Source: Octopus vulgaris (taxonomy: Eukaryota). From it: DNA of 64,000 bases. The notes below the pieces were generated by a model. It ran no database searches. It was not told the origin of the DNA and saw nothing but the letters and a program-made list of their open reading frames with translations. Location of the stretch: positions 39,370,001 to 39,434,000 of the forward strand of contig OX597829.1 of assembly GCA_951406725.2 (NCBI GenBank), written 5' to 3'. Below are positions 63,810 through 64,000 of the stretch, piece after piece. The translations under genes and the position numbers were made by a program. Position 1 is the stretch's first letter; every line of letters starts with the position of its first letter.

Positions 63810-64000
63810 TCGCCTTACTGGCACCTGTGCCGGTGGCATGTGTAAAATATTTGAGCGAGATTGTTGCCAGTATCGCCTGACTGGCCCTGTGCCTGTGGCA
63901 CGTAAAAGCACCCACAACACTCTCAGAGTGGTTGGCGTTAGGAAGGGCATCCATCTGTAGAAACTCTGCCAGATCAAGATTGAAGTCTGTTGCAGCCATC
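63810..64000 (+). mobile_element. RTE 3' UTR copy (family C, second subfamily), runs off window
   Basis: Matches the copy at 29826 onward. Confidence 0.85.

Overview
AT-rich eukaryotic intronic or intergenic DNA, very likely from Octopus. This is inferred from the characteristic tRNA-derived SINE families, the RTE LINEs and the very long TA/CA/CATA microsatellites. I found no supportable host exon, rRNA or CRISPR array, and almost all listed ORFs are microsatellite or repeat artefacts. The window is a nested mosaic of mobile DNA: several SINE families, RTE, CR1 and Tx1-like LINE fragments, a decayed mariner, piggyBac-, hAT- and mariner-type MITEs, two Helitrons, and Penelope-like fragments, mostly in or next to (TA)n. 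Main signals: (1) about eight minimal type-I hammerhead-ribozyme motifs from several unrelated Penelope-like families, whose catalytic cores covary at the 3-8 tertiary pair (C-G, U-A, G-C), often in inverted hairpins; (2) a PHD-type zinc finger inside the RT domain of the RTE LINE; (3) a repeated compact H-type pseudoknot module in that LINE's 3' UTR; (4) a tRNA-Glu fragment fused to that UTR, resembling a nascent SINE; (5) an approximately 90-bp target-site duplication. Coordinates were read by eye and may be off by a few bases.
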